From an uncultured Gammaproteobacteria bacterium (lineage in GTDB: Bacteria > Patescibacteriota > Microgenomatia > Levybacterales > UBA12049), in the NCBI GenBank assembly GCA_964507055.1, contig CAZDOJ010000002.1, positions 66,716 to 119,202 on the forward strand: a stretch of 52,487 bases of DNA. Reading direction: 5' to 3'. Position numbers and translations under genes: made by a program. The notes beneath the pieces were generated by a model. It worked only from the letters and a program-made list of their open reading frames with translations. It had not been told where the DNA came from and searched no databases. This document shows, piece by piece, positions 25,592 to 35,193 of the stretch (positions are counted from its first letter, which is position 1; every line of letters starts with the position of its first letter).

Positions 25592-25894
25592 AAATTGTGA
25601 TGAAAGATAAGTTCATTGCTCTTAGATATGGGACTGGTTGTTGTTTTCCCCGAGAACACATAGTTAGGAAGGCTGTCTGTTTACCCACAGGCAAACATAG
25701 AATCTACCTCGTTTCTCGCTATTGCTAGCGAAATACCTCAGGAATTATGAAATTGTGAAGAAAAATTATGCAACCAATTCCAATATCAAAGAGCATGCAT
25801 AGTATATTTCCGCCTGTGAAAAATGTCAATACAACTAAGTACTATATATGAGGCTGGACGCATAAGAATACCGTAATAGAGAAGAGTACGTTAC

Positions 25895-26551
25895 TTAGAA
25901 GCCGAGGAATGAGCGTGAATACGTAATAAGCGTGAAAATAACACTTGATAATGAGAATCCTCCAATTGGGAAGAAGAAAAGAGCAATCAAGACAAACATA
26001 CCAAGCCCACTATTACCAAAGGCAAGATAACTTGCTGCAGCTTTATCCGGAAGAAGTAAGGCAAAAAGTTTGGAGCCATCCAGTGGAGGAATAGGTAGAA
26101 GATTAAGAATAGCCAACAGAAGATTCCAATTGATTGCTGTCGTAAGGATGAATCCGAGAATGCCACTGTTTGCTACTTCACTAAAACTCATTTCAGGAAA
26201 GAGTGAATGCGTGACTGCACTTGCTATGATTGCGAGTAGGACGTTTGTCATTGGTCCAGCTAATGATACAAGTGCAAGATCTTTCATCCCATCACGGAGA
26301 TTGAATGGATCGACAGGGACAGGTTTTGCTCCACCAAAGATAAATGTCCCAGCAGAACCTAAATATGTTAGCAAAGGAATGAGAATACTCATGAATGGGT
26401 CAATATGTGGAACAGGGTTTAACGTAATTCTGCCTAAAATCTTTGCAGTAGGATCTCCCAAGCGATATGCAATATATCCATGAGCAATTTCATGCATGAT
26501 TGAAGAATAGATCAGTATAGCGATACTAATAACAGGTAATAACAATTCCAT
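25895..26551 (-). CDS. Site-2 protease family (peptidase M50) membrane metalloprotease
   Basis: HEIAHG (HExxH) in the first TM region and LLPIPPLDGSKL later. Polytopic membrane protein. Confidence 0.85.
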   Translation of the reverse strand: MELLLPVISIAILIYSSIMHEIAHGYIAYRLGDPTAKILGRITLNPVPHIDPFMSILIPLLTYLGSAGTFIFGGAKPVPVDPFNLRDGMKDLALVSLAGPMTNVLLAIIASAVTHSLFPEMSFSEVANSGILGFILTTAINWNLLLAILNLLPIPPLDGSKLFALLLPDKAAASYLAFGNSGLGMFVLIALFFFPIGGFSLSSVIFTLITYSRSFLGF

Positions 26552-26638
26552 AGTTTTAAATGATTGGACAGTGACGTGAAGCGTCTAAAATTATTATAGT
26601 CTTGAGTTCAGTCTGAGTATATGATATCATATCATCCT

Positions 26639-26884
26639 ATGGCAATGAAATGCATGAACTGCGGCAAAGGTGTAATGTACGGACACAACGTGTCTCATTC
26701 AAAACGTCGCACTCGAAAAATCTTTAAACCAAACCTACATAGTGCTCGAATCCAAACAACAACTGGATTTGTTCGATTGAAGCTTTGCACAAAATGTCTT
26801 CGAACCATCAAGAAAGTACAACTTTCAGAACCTGTTGCGACTGCAACAGATCCAGCTACAGAAGCTCCTCAGGCTACAGTATAA
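26639..26884 (+). CDS. rpmB: 50S ribosomal protein L28 with a C-terminal extension
   Basis: MAMKCMNCGKGVMYGHNVSHSKRRTRKIFKPNLHSARI matches the L28 core (xCxxxGK...G..vSHs..rt.R.f.PNL). Start taken at the ATG at 26639. Confidence 0.85.
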   Translation: MAMKCMNCGKGVMYGHNVSHSKRRTRKIFKPNLHSARIQTTTGFVRLKLCTKCLRTIKKVQLSEPVATATDPATEAPQATV

Positions 26885-26935
26885 GTTTAGAAGAGATCTC
26901 CTATATCGCTTGTTGCTACACTCGTTGATTCCGTA

Positions 26936-28348
26936 TTATTTAATTTGTTCTAATGATTCTGCGGTTGGAAGGGGAATGAGTTGTGATTCTAAAAGTGCTT
27001 TATCTGCGTCGTTCTTCTGAGCTGCTAATAAATCTTCTTTATGAGAATGTAACAATTTTTGTATTTCACCCAAACGAGTAGTAATTTCTTCTTTATGTAA
27101 CCCTTCATATTCAGTAACTGCTGCCTGAAATTGATCATTGGATAATAAGTTATCTATTGCTAAAATTTGTCCTGGAAGTTGTGTATATACGTTATGTAAA
27201 TCATTCTTTACAAGAGTAATTTGATCATAATCTTTCTCTTCTACAGCTTTATGAAGGCGTCCTAATCTCGCTGCAGGCCCATAAAATTGATTTAGTTCCA
27301 TATTGAGTGCTCCAGTTATAAATGTTAAGACATCAACACTATGTCCATTTGCATCCGTAAAAGGCTCGTTTGCATGTTCATGAATATGTTGTGCCAGATG
27401 TGTTACTTTAATTGCCATATGCTTCTTGTGCTGGGATTCAACAATTTCTGTTGCATCGGAGTCGGTATTAAATAGGGTTGGTATAGAATTAAGAATATCG
27501 TCAGTATGACCAGGATTAAAAAGAATAAAATCAGGAGATTTTTTATAAGTTTCGGTAGAATTACTACTGAATTGGATTTCAGAAAGATCCTTTACTAAGT
27601 GGGTATCTATCCTAGAATCTTCAATAAATGGTTTATTGGTCTCGTCTCCAACAAAGTCTTCAATTAACATTTTTTGTGTAGCTAATCTGTCTTCCAATTT
27701 CCCTCGTAAAGTCACAAGATGTGAGGCTCGAGTATCTGCCCTTTCATGATCTCTTTTAGGTTCTTTTGCAAACTCCATTTTATATTCTGCTTCAGCTTCA
27801 AGGAAATCTTCATTGTGTAATAATTTGTTAACCGCGAGGAGTTGTCCCGGATGTTGTATAATGCTCTCCTTGAGGGCTCCTAAAAATACATCTCTTTGAC
27901 GCGTAAGCTCCTCAATTCTTTCTTGATCATCTGTAGTGGTAATTTTCGTTTCTATTTGATGGATTCTTTCTAATCGTGTTTGTGGATCGTAGAATTCACC
28001 TAACTGCCCATCAATAAGTGTAAGTACATCTACTATAAAATGATCTGGTTGTACGGGAGAAACATAGAGAAATTTCCCAAGCTCGTCAATATTTACAGCT
28101 ATTGATTCATTAGTTGCTTCTCCATTGCCTTCAGTTCTTTCGGGATTTGGAATTGGCTGTACGACACCATTTTCTAATAGGGCATGTGAAACATCTCCTT
28201 TATGTGTTTGGGTAAGTGATCTTGCCGGGCGTAATACGAAATAATCAGGAGAAGCAAGAAATCCTTCTAAATCCCGCGGCAGGGACTTTTCCATCTTAAA
28301 ATCTCTTTGTTCTTTTGGTGGGACTGGACCGCCTGTTTCTGTCGACAT
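26936..28348 (-). CDS. Hypothetical protein built from two ~200-aa internal repeats
   Basis: Paired segments: SPDYFVLRPARS / SPDFILFNPGHT; VDVLTLIDGQLGEFYDPQTRLERIHQIE / VDVLTFITGALNMELNQFYGPAARLGRLHKAVE; HPGQLLAVNKLLHNEDFLEAEAEY / LPGQILAIDNLLSNDQFQAAVTEY. Confidence 0.55.
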   Translation of the reverse strand: MSTETGGPVPPKEQRDFKMEKSLPRDLEGFLASPDYFVLRPARSLTQTHKGDVSHALLENGVVQPIPNPERTEGNGEATNESIAVNIDELGKFLYVSPVQPDHFIVDVLTLIDGQLGEFYDPQTRLERIHQIETKITTTDDQERIEELTRQRDVFLGALKESIIQHPGQLLAVNKLLHNEDFLEAEAEYKMEFAKEPKRDHERADTRASHLVTLRGKLEDRLATQKMLIEDFVGDETNKPFIEDSRIDTHLVKDLSEIQFSSNSTETYKKSPDFILFNPGHTDDILNSIPTLFNTDSDATEIVESQHKKHMAIKVTHLAQHIHEHANEPFTDANGHSVDVLTFITGALNMELNQFYGPAARLGRLHKAVEEKDYDQITLVKNDLHNVYTQLPGQILAIDNLLSNDQFQAAVTEYEGLHKEEITTRLGEIQKLLHSHKEDLLAAQKNDADKALLESQLIPLPTAESLEQIK

Positions 28349-28394
28349 AATAGGTATATTATAAGATAACTATGCAACAGGAGCAAATTTTAGG

Positions 28395-29249
28395 CTACAT
28401 GGTAGAGTAGAGTGGTTCAATTATCTTTCTTAACTCAGGATATCCATTGAGAAAATCTTTGAGAGAAACAACTTGTTTGCCTTCCACTTGAATCTGCTTT
28501 TCAGGAAGGAATTTTATTCGTAGTTCTTTACCATTTACTGCTACTATAGACCAAACATTTGGCCATGGATAATACGCTCGTACCATTTGATCAAAGATCT
28601 GAGGATCTATTTGCTTTTTTAAATCAATATAGCCATCTTGTTTTTCCAACATCTTTGTATAGGTTGCTGCTGAATCATCCTGCTTTTCTGGTTTTAATTC
28701 ACCACTGATGTATCGCCCAATAACACTTGGAATAACAATTGCACTTTGTTTGAACATGCTTTGCAACAGCCATTCAGAGGTGTCAGTATCAGAGAACTTG
28801 AAAGGTATCGTTTGCAACAATGGACCGTGATCCATTTGTTCGTCCATAAGTATAAAAGAAACGCCTGAATGTCTTTCACCATCTTTTAATGCTGTTTGAA
28901 TTGGTGTAGAACCTCGATATTTGGGCAAGAGGGAAGGATGGATATTAATTGCACCATGCTTTGGCAGATCAAGTATCGCTTGTGGGATTATTTTACCGTA
29001 AGCTGCGACTACAAAAAGATCAGCACTTAGTTCCTTTATATCTTCAGTGATGCTTTTGAGAGATTCTGGTTGGAATACTTTAATACCATGTTCTTCTGCT
29101 CGAACTTTGATAGGAGATGGGGTTAGAATTTGCTTTCTCCCAACTTTTTTATCAGGTGCGGTTATAACAGCAACAATCTCAAAATGATTCTGCAACGATT
29201 CAAGGATAGGAGCGACAAAGTCTGGTGTACCAAAGAAGATTATTTTCAT
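28395..29249 (-). CDS. fmt: Methionyl-tRNA formyltransferase
   Basis: MKIIFFGTPDFVAPILESL ... NIHPSLLPKYRGSTPIQ, the canonical Fmt motifs. Start set at the ATG at 29249 (7 nt after the def stop) rather than 29276. Confidence 0.9.
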   Translation of the reverse strand: MKIIFFGTPDFVAPILESLQNHFEIVAVITAPDKKVGRKQILTPSPIKVRAEEHGIKVFQPESLKSITEDIKELSADLFVVAAYGKIIPQAILDLPKHGAINIHPSLLPKYRGSTPIQTALKDGERHSGVSFILMDEQMDHGPLLQTIPFKFSDTDTSEWLLQSMFKQSAIVIPSVIGRYISGELKPEKQDDSAATYTKMLEKQDGYIDLKKQIDPQIFDQMVRAYYPWPNVWSIVAVNGKELRIKFLPEKQIQVEGKQVVSLKDFLNGYPELRKIIEPLYSTM

Positions 29250-29256
29250 GGCTCGA

Positions 29257-29823
29257 TTATATCTCAATTTCTTCAAACTCTATTTCTCCTTTTTTATTCT
29301 TTATAGAATGATAGAGTGGATTTTTTTGCTCAAGAACGCGTTTGGGAAAGAGGATCCCTTGTAGATGATCATATTCATGTTGAATAATTGTTGCGAGAAA
29401 GCCAGTAAATTTTTTCTTATGTTTGTCGCCATGTTCGTCCATGTAACTCAACGTAACTTCGCTTCTGCGTTTTACAACACCCCAAACATCATGTAGTGAC
29501 AAACATCCTTCAAGTTGCACGCCATGTTTTTTCTCATTTTCTTTTTCTTCTTGAGTCTTTTCAACATCATGGAATGCAACAATTTCAGGATTTATAAAAG
29601 TGAGTAATGGTGCACTCGGATGATCTTTAATAATAAAAATCTGTAATGACTTTCCGACTTGTGGTGCAGCAAGACCAACACCTTCTGGATCCTTTGCGTT
29701 ATTTAATGTCACTTCCATATCAGTAAGAAGTTTTTTAATGTATTTATCTATTTTTTCAACAGGCTTTGCTTTATCTGATAAAACCTGTTCTGGTGCTTGT
29801 ACGATTTTCATAGGGTTACACAA
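29257..29823 (-). CDS. def: Peptide deformylase
   Basis: The three PDF motifs: GVGLAAPQVG, EGCLSL and HEYDHLQG. An extra charged segment of ~12 aa (EKTQEEKENEKKHG) precedes EGCLS. Confidence 0.9.
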   Translation of the reverse strand: MCNPMKIVQAPEQVLSDKAKPVEKIDKYIKKLLTDMEVTLNNAKDPEGVGLAAPQVGKSLQIFIIKDHPSAPLLTFINPEIVAFHDVEKTQEEKENEKKHGVQLEGCLSLHDVWGVVKRRSEVTLSYMDEHGDKHKKKFTGFLATIIQHEYDHLQGILFPKRVLEQKNPLYHSIKNKKGEIEFEEIEI

Positions 29824-29853
29824 GAGGTATATTATACACTAAAATCATTGCTT

Positions 29854-32085
29854 TTAGCTTTGTTGCCAATCTTTAAGAGTTTTTTTGACTTCCTGGTCAG
29901 TTGGATCGAGCTTCTCGAGGATAAATGTATAGGTATCAACGGCTTTTTTCTGCATCTCAGGATTAACGATTTTCTCGTTCTGATCAATTGCCATTTGGTG
30001 GTAGAACAAACCTAATGCGACATATGCATCTTTGTAATTTGGTTTTAATTTAATAGTCTCTTCGAGTATCGAAACTGCTTTTTTGAGATCTCCAGTTTGG
30101 CCATATAAAATACCTTGGTTGTATGCAATTTTCGCATCTGTAGGAGCTAATTCCTTTGCTTTATTAATTGCGTTAAGTGCTTGAAGCATATATTGCTGTG
30201 AATTAGCTTGGTCTGTTGTGGATAATGTATAGAACATTCTCACACGGTTTTTCCAATACACAACATTGTTAGGGTGATTCGTTACAACTTCCGTATTAAG
30301 ATCTATTGAATTCTTCGCAAGTTGTGCAGCATTTGTTGCATCGCCTTGTGCATATAATCCTGCTGCAATTGCAGCAAGATTTATTGAGAGCTCATCTTTA
30401 AATACTGGCTCATCAGGTTTTGTTTCAACGGCTTGAATCAATTGTGGATATGCTTGCTGGAAGTTACCAGTTTTATCCAAGTTAGAACCCAAAGCATATG
30501 CTACATCTGCTTGACTAAATATCATAAGTCCAATGACTTGCCAACCAGCGATGATTGCAAATACCAGTACGAGTGTCCATTGGAATGGATTAACAGTCTG
30601 GACGTGATGTTTTCCATTCGTATGTTCTTCTCCAAAATTGAACTGCAGAGCATGATTTTCTTTAAGTAGATCTCCAAGTATTAATACCAAAGCAGGAATA
30701 ATGAAGAGATAGAGATTCATTATGACTACGGAAAATCCGAAGAAATTGGTTATGAGGATTGTGATAAAGCTTGTTAAAAGAGCGATAATAATAAGCTGAT
30801 GGACAACAGACTCTGTAATTACACCATGTTTTTCCTCCGGAGTCCTTCTGTGCGTGATAAGGACATGTCTTAGGACAGTAAATATAAATAAACCGATAAT
30901 GACAAGATATGTCCCTAGACCAAAGAGTCCAGTAGTAGTTAAGTAATTGAGGTATTCATTGTGTGCCTTATTGTATAAGTAATCCCATTCAGACGTCATA
31001 TTATGTCCAGCAGGCTTGAATTTGTAATATGCGAAGGCAAATGTCTCTACACCAGTTCCAAATACTGGACTACTTTTCCATGCATCCAAAGCACCTTGCC
31101 AGACAAAGAGTCTGATATCTCCAGAATCAGTAATGCCGCTTCCAGGGACCGGCGTAGCTGGGGCTCCTGATGGAGTGGTCTCTTCAGAAACCACTGGTTG
31201 ACTCGTTAGGGAAGGTAATGTGAATTTGGTCAATGGACCAAGCGGACTTCCCAGTAAGAAACTACTGATAATAAATACTGCATTAAATAGTACAAAAGCA
31301 CGTATGAAATTCTGCTTTGGGAAAAGATTCTTGTAAAAAAGGATTGCCCAGAAGAAAGCATTAGCAGCCCAGAATGCAATGAATCCTGCACGTGTATTTG
31401 CAAAGATTAAGTTAAGGTAGAAAAAGACTGCGAGACCAATAAAAATCCACACCTTTGCACTTGTTTGTTTCAATGCATATGCCATAGAAATCGGTATAAG
31501 CAGTGCTAAATATGCTGCGAACCATGCTGGTTGTCCGAGTGTTGAGAATGTACGTACAGTTGGTTGGAATGCTTCGGTCCAGCATGTAGTATCCATTTTT
31601 CCTTGCATCAAAAGACATGTTGGATCTGCACCAAAATGTGCTGGGAATCCCCAGAGTGCAGTAATAAAACCTGAAGCCAATGTTACCTTTAGTAAATTGA
31701 AAACATGCTTTAGTTTGAAATTTGTAACAAATGCATAGTAGAGTACTATATATGTAAGTGTCGAGAGTAATCCTCCGTTGAATCGTGAATAATAACCCCA
31801 CCATGAAACATGCTGATCGAGACTAATTACTGTCGAAATGATCTGCGAAAGCAGAAAAAGCATAATTGGGATATCGAATGGAGTCCGTTGAATAAATATC
31901 TTCTTCTCAAAAACCATCTTGGACGCCCATGCAGCGACAATAATTGCGGTAAAACTAAATGTCAGCCACATTTTATTAAATTCGAAGAGTTCGGAAGTTG
32001 CACCTGAAAAAACTAACGGTACGAGGAAGAATATTATATAAAATGAATATTCAATTATTCTGGTGCAGTATTTTGCTAATTTCAT
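29854..32085 (-). CDS. O-antigen ligase-like (Wzy_C) polytopic membrane protein fused to C-terminal TPR repeats
   Basis: About 12 TM helices with the pattern AHNEYLNYLTTTGLFGL typical of O-antigen-ligase-family loops. The C-terminal ~200 aa have TPR-like periodicity (AYNQGILYGQTGDLKKAVSILEETIKLKPNYKDAYVALGLFY). Confidence 0.65.
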   Translation of the reverse strand: MKLAKYCTRIIEYSFYIIFFLVPLVFSGATSELFEFNKMWLTFSFTAIIVAAWASKMVFEKKIFIQRTPFDIPIMLFLLSQIISTVISLDQHVSWWGYYSRFNGGLLSTLTYIVLYYAFVTNFKLKHVFNLLKVTLASGFITALWGFPAHFGADPTCLLMQGKMDTTCWTEAFQPTVRTFSTLGQPAWFAAYLALLIPISMAYALKQTSAKVWIFIGLAVFFYLNLIFANTRAGFIAFWAANAFFWAILFYKNLFPKQNFIRAFVLFNAVFIISSFLLGSPLGPLTKFTLPSLTSQPVVSEETTPSGAPATPVPGSGITDSGDIRLFVWQGALDAWKSSPVFGTGVETFAFAYYKFKPAGHNMTSEWDYLYNKAHNEYLNYLTTTGLFGLGTYLVIIGLFIFTVLRHVLITHRRTPEEKHGVITESVVHQLIIIALLTSFITILITNFFGFSVVIMNLYLFIIPALVLILGDLLKENHALQFNFGEEHTNGKHHVQTVNPFQWTLVLVFAIIAGWQVIGLMIFSQADVAYALGSNLDKTGNFQQAYPQLIQAVETKPDEPVFKDELSINLAAIAAGLYAQGDATNAAQLAKNSIDLNTEVVTNHPNNVVYWKNRVRMFYTLSTTDQANSQQYMLQALNAINKAKELAPTDAKIAYNQGILYGQTGDLKKAVSILEETIKLKPNYKDAYVALGLFYHQMAIDQNEKIVNPEMQKKAVDTYTFILEKLDPTDQEVKKTLKDWQQS

Positions 32086-32207
32086 GAATTATGCCCAAAA
32101 GAGAACTTAGTTTAAATGCTATCATATTGGCAAAACATGAGCAAGCTGGTAGAATGAGTGGGCATCTAGTTTCGCGTTCTGCCGCACGGTTTTTAGCAAC
32201 AGCACCT

Positions 32208-33326
32208 ATGAATAACTTCATCAATAAATTCTTCAGTATGTTCTCACATGATATTGGCATTGATTTGGGTACAGCAAATACTTTGGTTTTCGTAAAGAAT
32301 AAAGGAATTGTTATCCGCGAACCCTCCGTTGTCGCACGCCATAAAAAGACCAAGCGTATTTTGGCGATTGGTACCGATGCAAAGAAAATGCTTGGTAAAA
32401 CTCCAGCATCGATTATCACAATACGTCCATTACGTGGAGGTGTCATCTCAGATTTTGATGCGACAGAAGCGATGATATCTCATTACATCAAGCAGGTTCA
32501 CGAAATGGGGAGTACATTACCGCGATTGTTGGCCAGACCAAAAGTTGTCATAGGGATCCCTTCATCGGTTACTGAAGTCGAGCGGAGAGCGGTTTGGGAA
32601 GCCGCACTGAGTGCTGGTGCACGTGAAGCATATCTTATTGAAGAGCCAATGGCAGCAGCTATTGGTGAAGGCATCAAAATTTTCCAATCGAAAGGTGCAA
32701 TGGTAGTTGATATTGGTGGAGGAACAACAGAAATTGCTGTTATTTCACTTGGAGGAATTGTTGTTGGACGTTCATTAAAACTTGCAGGTGATGATATGGA
32801 TCAAGCAATACTGCATTATATTCGTCTTAAGCATGGTTTACTTCTTGGGGAAAGAACTGCCGAAGATATCAAATTAAAAATTGGTAGTGCATATGATAAA
32901 CGTGCAAAAAGGAAAGGGGAAAAGGCGAAAGAAAAAGATGTAGAAAAGAAAGAAGAAGAAATTAAAGAGAAAATGATGATTGTTCGAGGACGTGATATTG
33001 AGACCGGTTTACCAAAGAGTTTGCGTATTACTGAGTCAGAAGTTCGTGAAGCTCTTACTCCAATTTTTACACAAATTGTCCAGGGTGTTGCTGATGTTCT
33101 TGAAGAAACTCCACCGGAGTTACTACCAGACATTTTGGAACAGGGAATTTTGTTAACCGGTGGCGGAGCAAAGATTGCAGGTTTGGATCATCTTTTGGTT
33201 GAACAAATCCACATGCCAGTTGTTGTTTCAAATGATTCACTTACTTCTGTTGTTCGAGGGACAGGAAAAGTTCTCGAACACGATGAGCTTCTCGAACGAG
33301 TCAAAGTTATTGGTGGATTAAAATAA
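32208..33326 (+). CDS. mreB: Rod-shape-determining actin homologue MreB
   Basis: DIGIDLGTANTLVF, EPMAAAIG, VVDIGGGTTEIAV and LTGGGAKIAGLD are the actin-fold motifs. Start set at MNNFINKFF (32208); the ORF-track start at 32091 is probably an upstream extension. Confidence 0.95.
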   Translation: MNNFINKFFSMFSHDIGIDLGTANTLVFVKNKGIVIREPSVVARHKKTKRILAIGTDAKKMLGKTPASIITIRPLRGGVISDFDATEAMISHYIKQVHEMGSTLPRLLARPKVVIGIPSSVTEVERRAVWEAALSAGAREAYLIEEPMAAAIGEGIKIFQSKGAMVVDIGGGTTEIAVISLGGIVVGRSLKLAGDDMDQAILHYIRLKHGLLLGERTAEDIKLKIGSAYDKRAKRKGEKAKEKDVEKKEEEIKEKMMIVRGRDIETGLPKSLRITESEVREALTPIFTQIVQGVADVLEETPPELLPDILEQGILLTGGGAKIAGLDHLLVEQIHMPVVVSNDSLTSVVRGTGKVLEHDELLERVKVIGGLK

Positions 33327-33375
33327 TCCCTATATATTGATTTTGATCAACCTTAAGAGATATAATTAGCCTGCT

Positions 33376-34284
33376 ATGACAGAACGTACAGGCCAATCAC
33401 CTGCAGAATCAGGTAACAGAATAAAACATTTAGAAGCTGTAAGTGCCAAACTTACTCCTACTCGAAGAAAAATAGTTCAGGATTTGATAACAAAGCCATG
33501 GTTCCAAGATACGGATCCAAGATTGCAACTAGAGCTCGCAACACTCCCCCAAGAAGGTAAAGAAAATCATGACGGATTTTTGCGAGATATGGCAAATAGA
33601 CCAGATGAGATAGGTGGAGTTACAGTGAAAAAACTAGATTCTTTAGCACGAGGAAACTTCGCTCTTATTCCAAAATTTGGTGTAAAAAATTCAAAAGGTG
33701 ATGAATTTACCTATGAATATGTGAGTTGGAGATATGGCCCCGAATCCGGAGCAAAAGGAATTGTTTTTGTAGAAGATGCAGAAAAAAAACTCAGTCATTT
33801 TATTGTCTTAAGAGGAGACAAATTTGCTACTGGTGGTCCAGCATGGGACAGTGTGGGAGGATTTGCAGATTTAAATACAGGTGATTCAGCAGGCAAACAA
33901 GTGACAACTATGCTTGGTCGTATCGAAACTGAAATTAAAGAAGAATTAGGAGCACCGGAAATTAAAATTAAAGAGGTTTACGATCTTGGAAATATTCTCC
34001 CCGATGCGGGAATGACCAATAATAATCCTGATCTTTTTGCAGCAATTATCGATGGTTCTGAAGCGAAAAAAGTTTCAACAGATATTCATGCTGATAATCC
34101 CGATGCCTTTGAGTTACGTGCTGGTGGAGTTGTTATCCCAATCGGACAGTTGCCTGAGGTGGTTAAAATGAATAACGATGCCTTTTTTCTTTCTGCTGTT
34201 TCACGATCTTTAGCACATGGTGTTATTAAATGGCCAGATGTTGATGCTACTCCAGTTCCATATAGAATGGCAAAAGCGAGTTAA
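33376..34284 (+). CDS. Hypothetical protein with a degenerate Nudix-like box
   Basis: GGFADLNTGDSAGKQVTTMLGRIETEIKEELGAPE resembles GX5EX7REUXEEXGU, with Thr in place of the Arg. Otherwise unrecognised. Confidence 0.3.
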   Translation: MTERTGQSPAESGNRIKHLEAVSAKLTPTRRKIVQDLITKPWFQDTDPRLQLELATLPQEGKENHDGFLRDMANRPDEIGGVTVKKLDSLARGNFALIPKFGVKNSKGDEFTYEYVSWRYGPESGAKGIVFVEDAEKKLSHFIVLRGDKFATGGPAWDSVGGFADLNTGDSAGKQVTTMLGRIETEIKEELGAPEIKIKEVYDLGNILPDAGMTNNNPDLFAAIIDGSEAKKVSTDIHADNPDAFELRAGGVVIPIGQLPEVVKMNNDAFFLSAVSRSLAHGVIKWPDVDATPVPYRMAKAS

Positions 34285-34428
34285 GAGTTCTTTTTCGATT
34301 TTCAAATTACATTATCCGGTCATCTCTTAATCTTATCTATTGTATTTAAGCCAATCAGCTATAATACTAGCAAACACTAACGTATCTTTATGGTTGCCTC
34401 TTGAGGTCAAAACTACTACAATACCCCT

Positions 34429-35187
34429 ATGAAGCGAGCTAAGACAATCTTTCCGATTTTTTTTCTTTTATTGGCTCTTTCATTTTTCATTCTTCTCTTT
34501 GTCCAAAATCCTCTCCAACAGCCTCTTCAATCAATAACACTTCCAATACAGAAATGGGTTTTTACAACATATGAAAATGTCCCAATTGTAAATCCTACTA
34601 ATGAATCTCAATTACAAGAAGAGAATAATAAACTGCGTCAAGAATTAGCAGAAACAGCAGAATTAAAACGTGACAATAAAGCATTGCGTGATCAATTCCA
34701 GACGACGAATCCTGCACCTCGAAGTTTACTTCCAGCAACTGTTATTGGTGTTAAAGATGGCACGATACTTATTGATAAAGGCGAGAGCGATAATGTCAAA
34801 ATTGGACATATTGTTGTTTTGAAAGACAATTTACTTGGAAAAATTTCCAAAGTTTCACTACATGTATCTGTTGTTACGCTTATTATCCATCCTGATACTT
34901 CTTTCACAGCTGAAACTTCCAAAACAACAGCAATTGGTGTTATCAAAGCAAACGTAGGAGAAGGAATTACATTGGAAAATGTCGTTCTGTCAGATAAGTT
35001 AGAAAAGGATGATTTAGTGAAAACCAAAGGGGATGTTGATGAAAAAGGTGGAGGATTTCCACCAAATCTTATTGTTGGAAAGATAATCTCTGTCAACAAA
35101 CAAGCAAGTAGTTTATTCCAAGTTGCTCAAGTAAGAAGTCTCGTAGATTTTAATAAAATACGTATGGTTTTTGTTGTTGTTAATTAA
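34429..35187 (+). CDS. mreC: Rod-shape-determining protein MreC
   Basis: N-terminal TM helix, coiled-coil (LQEENNKLRQELAETAELKRDNKALRDQ), then a beta-rich domain. Sits between mreB and mreD/PBP2. Confidence 0.8.
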   Translation: MKRAKTIFPIFFLLLALSFFILLFVQNPLQQPLQSITLPIQKWVFTTYENVPIVNPTNESQLQEENNKLRQELAETAELKRDNKALRDQFQTTNPAPRSLLPATVIGVKDGTILIDKGESDNVKIGHIVVLKDNLLGKISKVSLHVSVVTLIIHPDTSFTAETSKTTAIGVIKANVGEGITLENVVLSDKLEKDDLVKTKGDVDEKGGGFPPNLIVGKIISVNKQASSLFQVAQVRSLVDFNKIRMVFVVVN

Positions 35188-35193
35188 TGGCTT

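Noticed and set aside
25640-25720. Possible SRP (4.5S) RNA, because of GGAAGG and CTGTTTACC strings resembling the E. coli ffs sequence
   Set aside because: The order of the two strings is inverted relative to 4.5S RNA. There is no GGAAGCAGCC-type helix-8 motif and no long closing helix. I treat it as chance similarity pending a cmscan.
32091-32207. N-terminal extensions in the ORF track for mreB (32091), and likewise dprA (37979), topA (42042), ku (48589), fmt (29276), the PNPOx-like gene (47466) and the 4-TM gene (16083)
   Set aside because: The extensions encode non-conserved sequence. They also overlap neighbouring genes, promoters or terminators. Internal ATGs restore the canonical family N-termini and sensible gene spacing.
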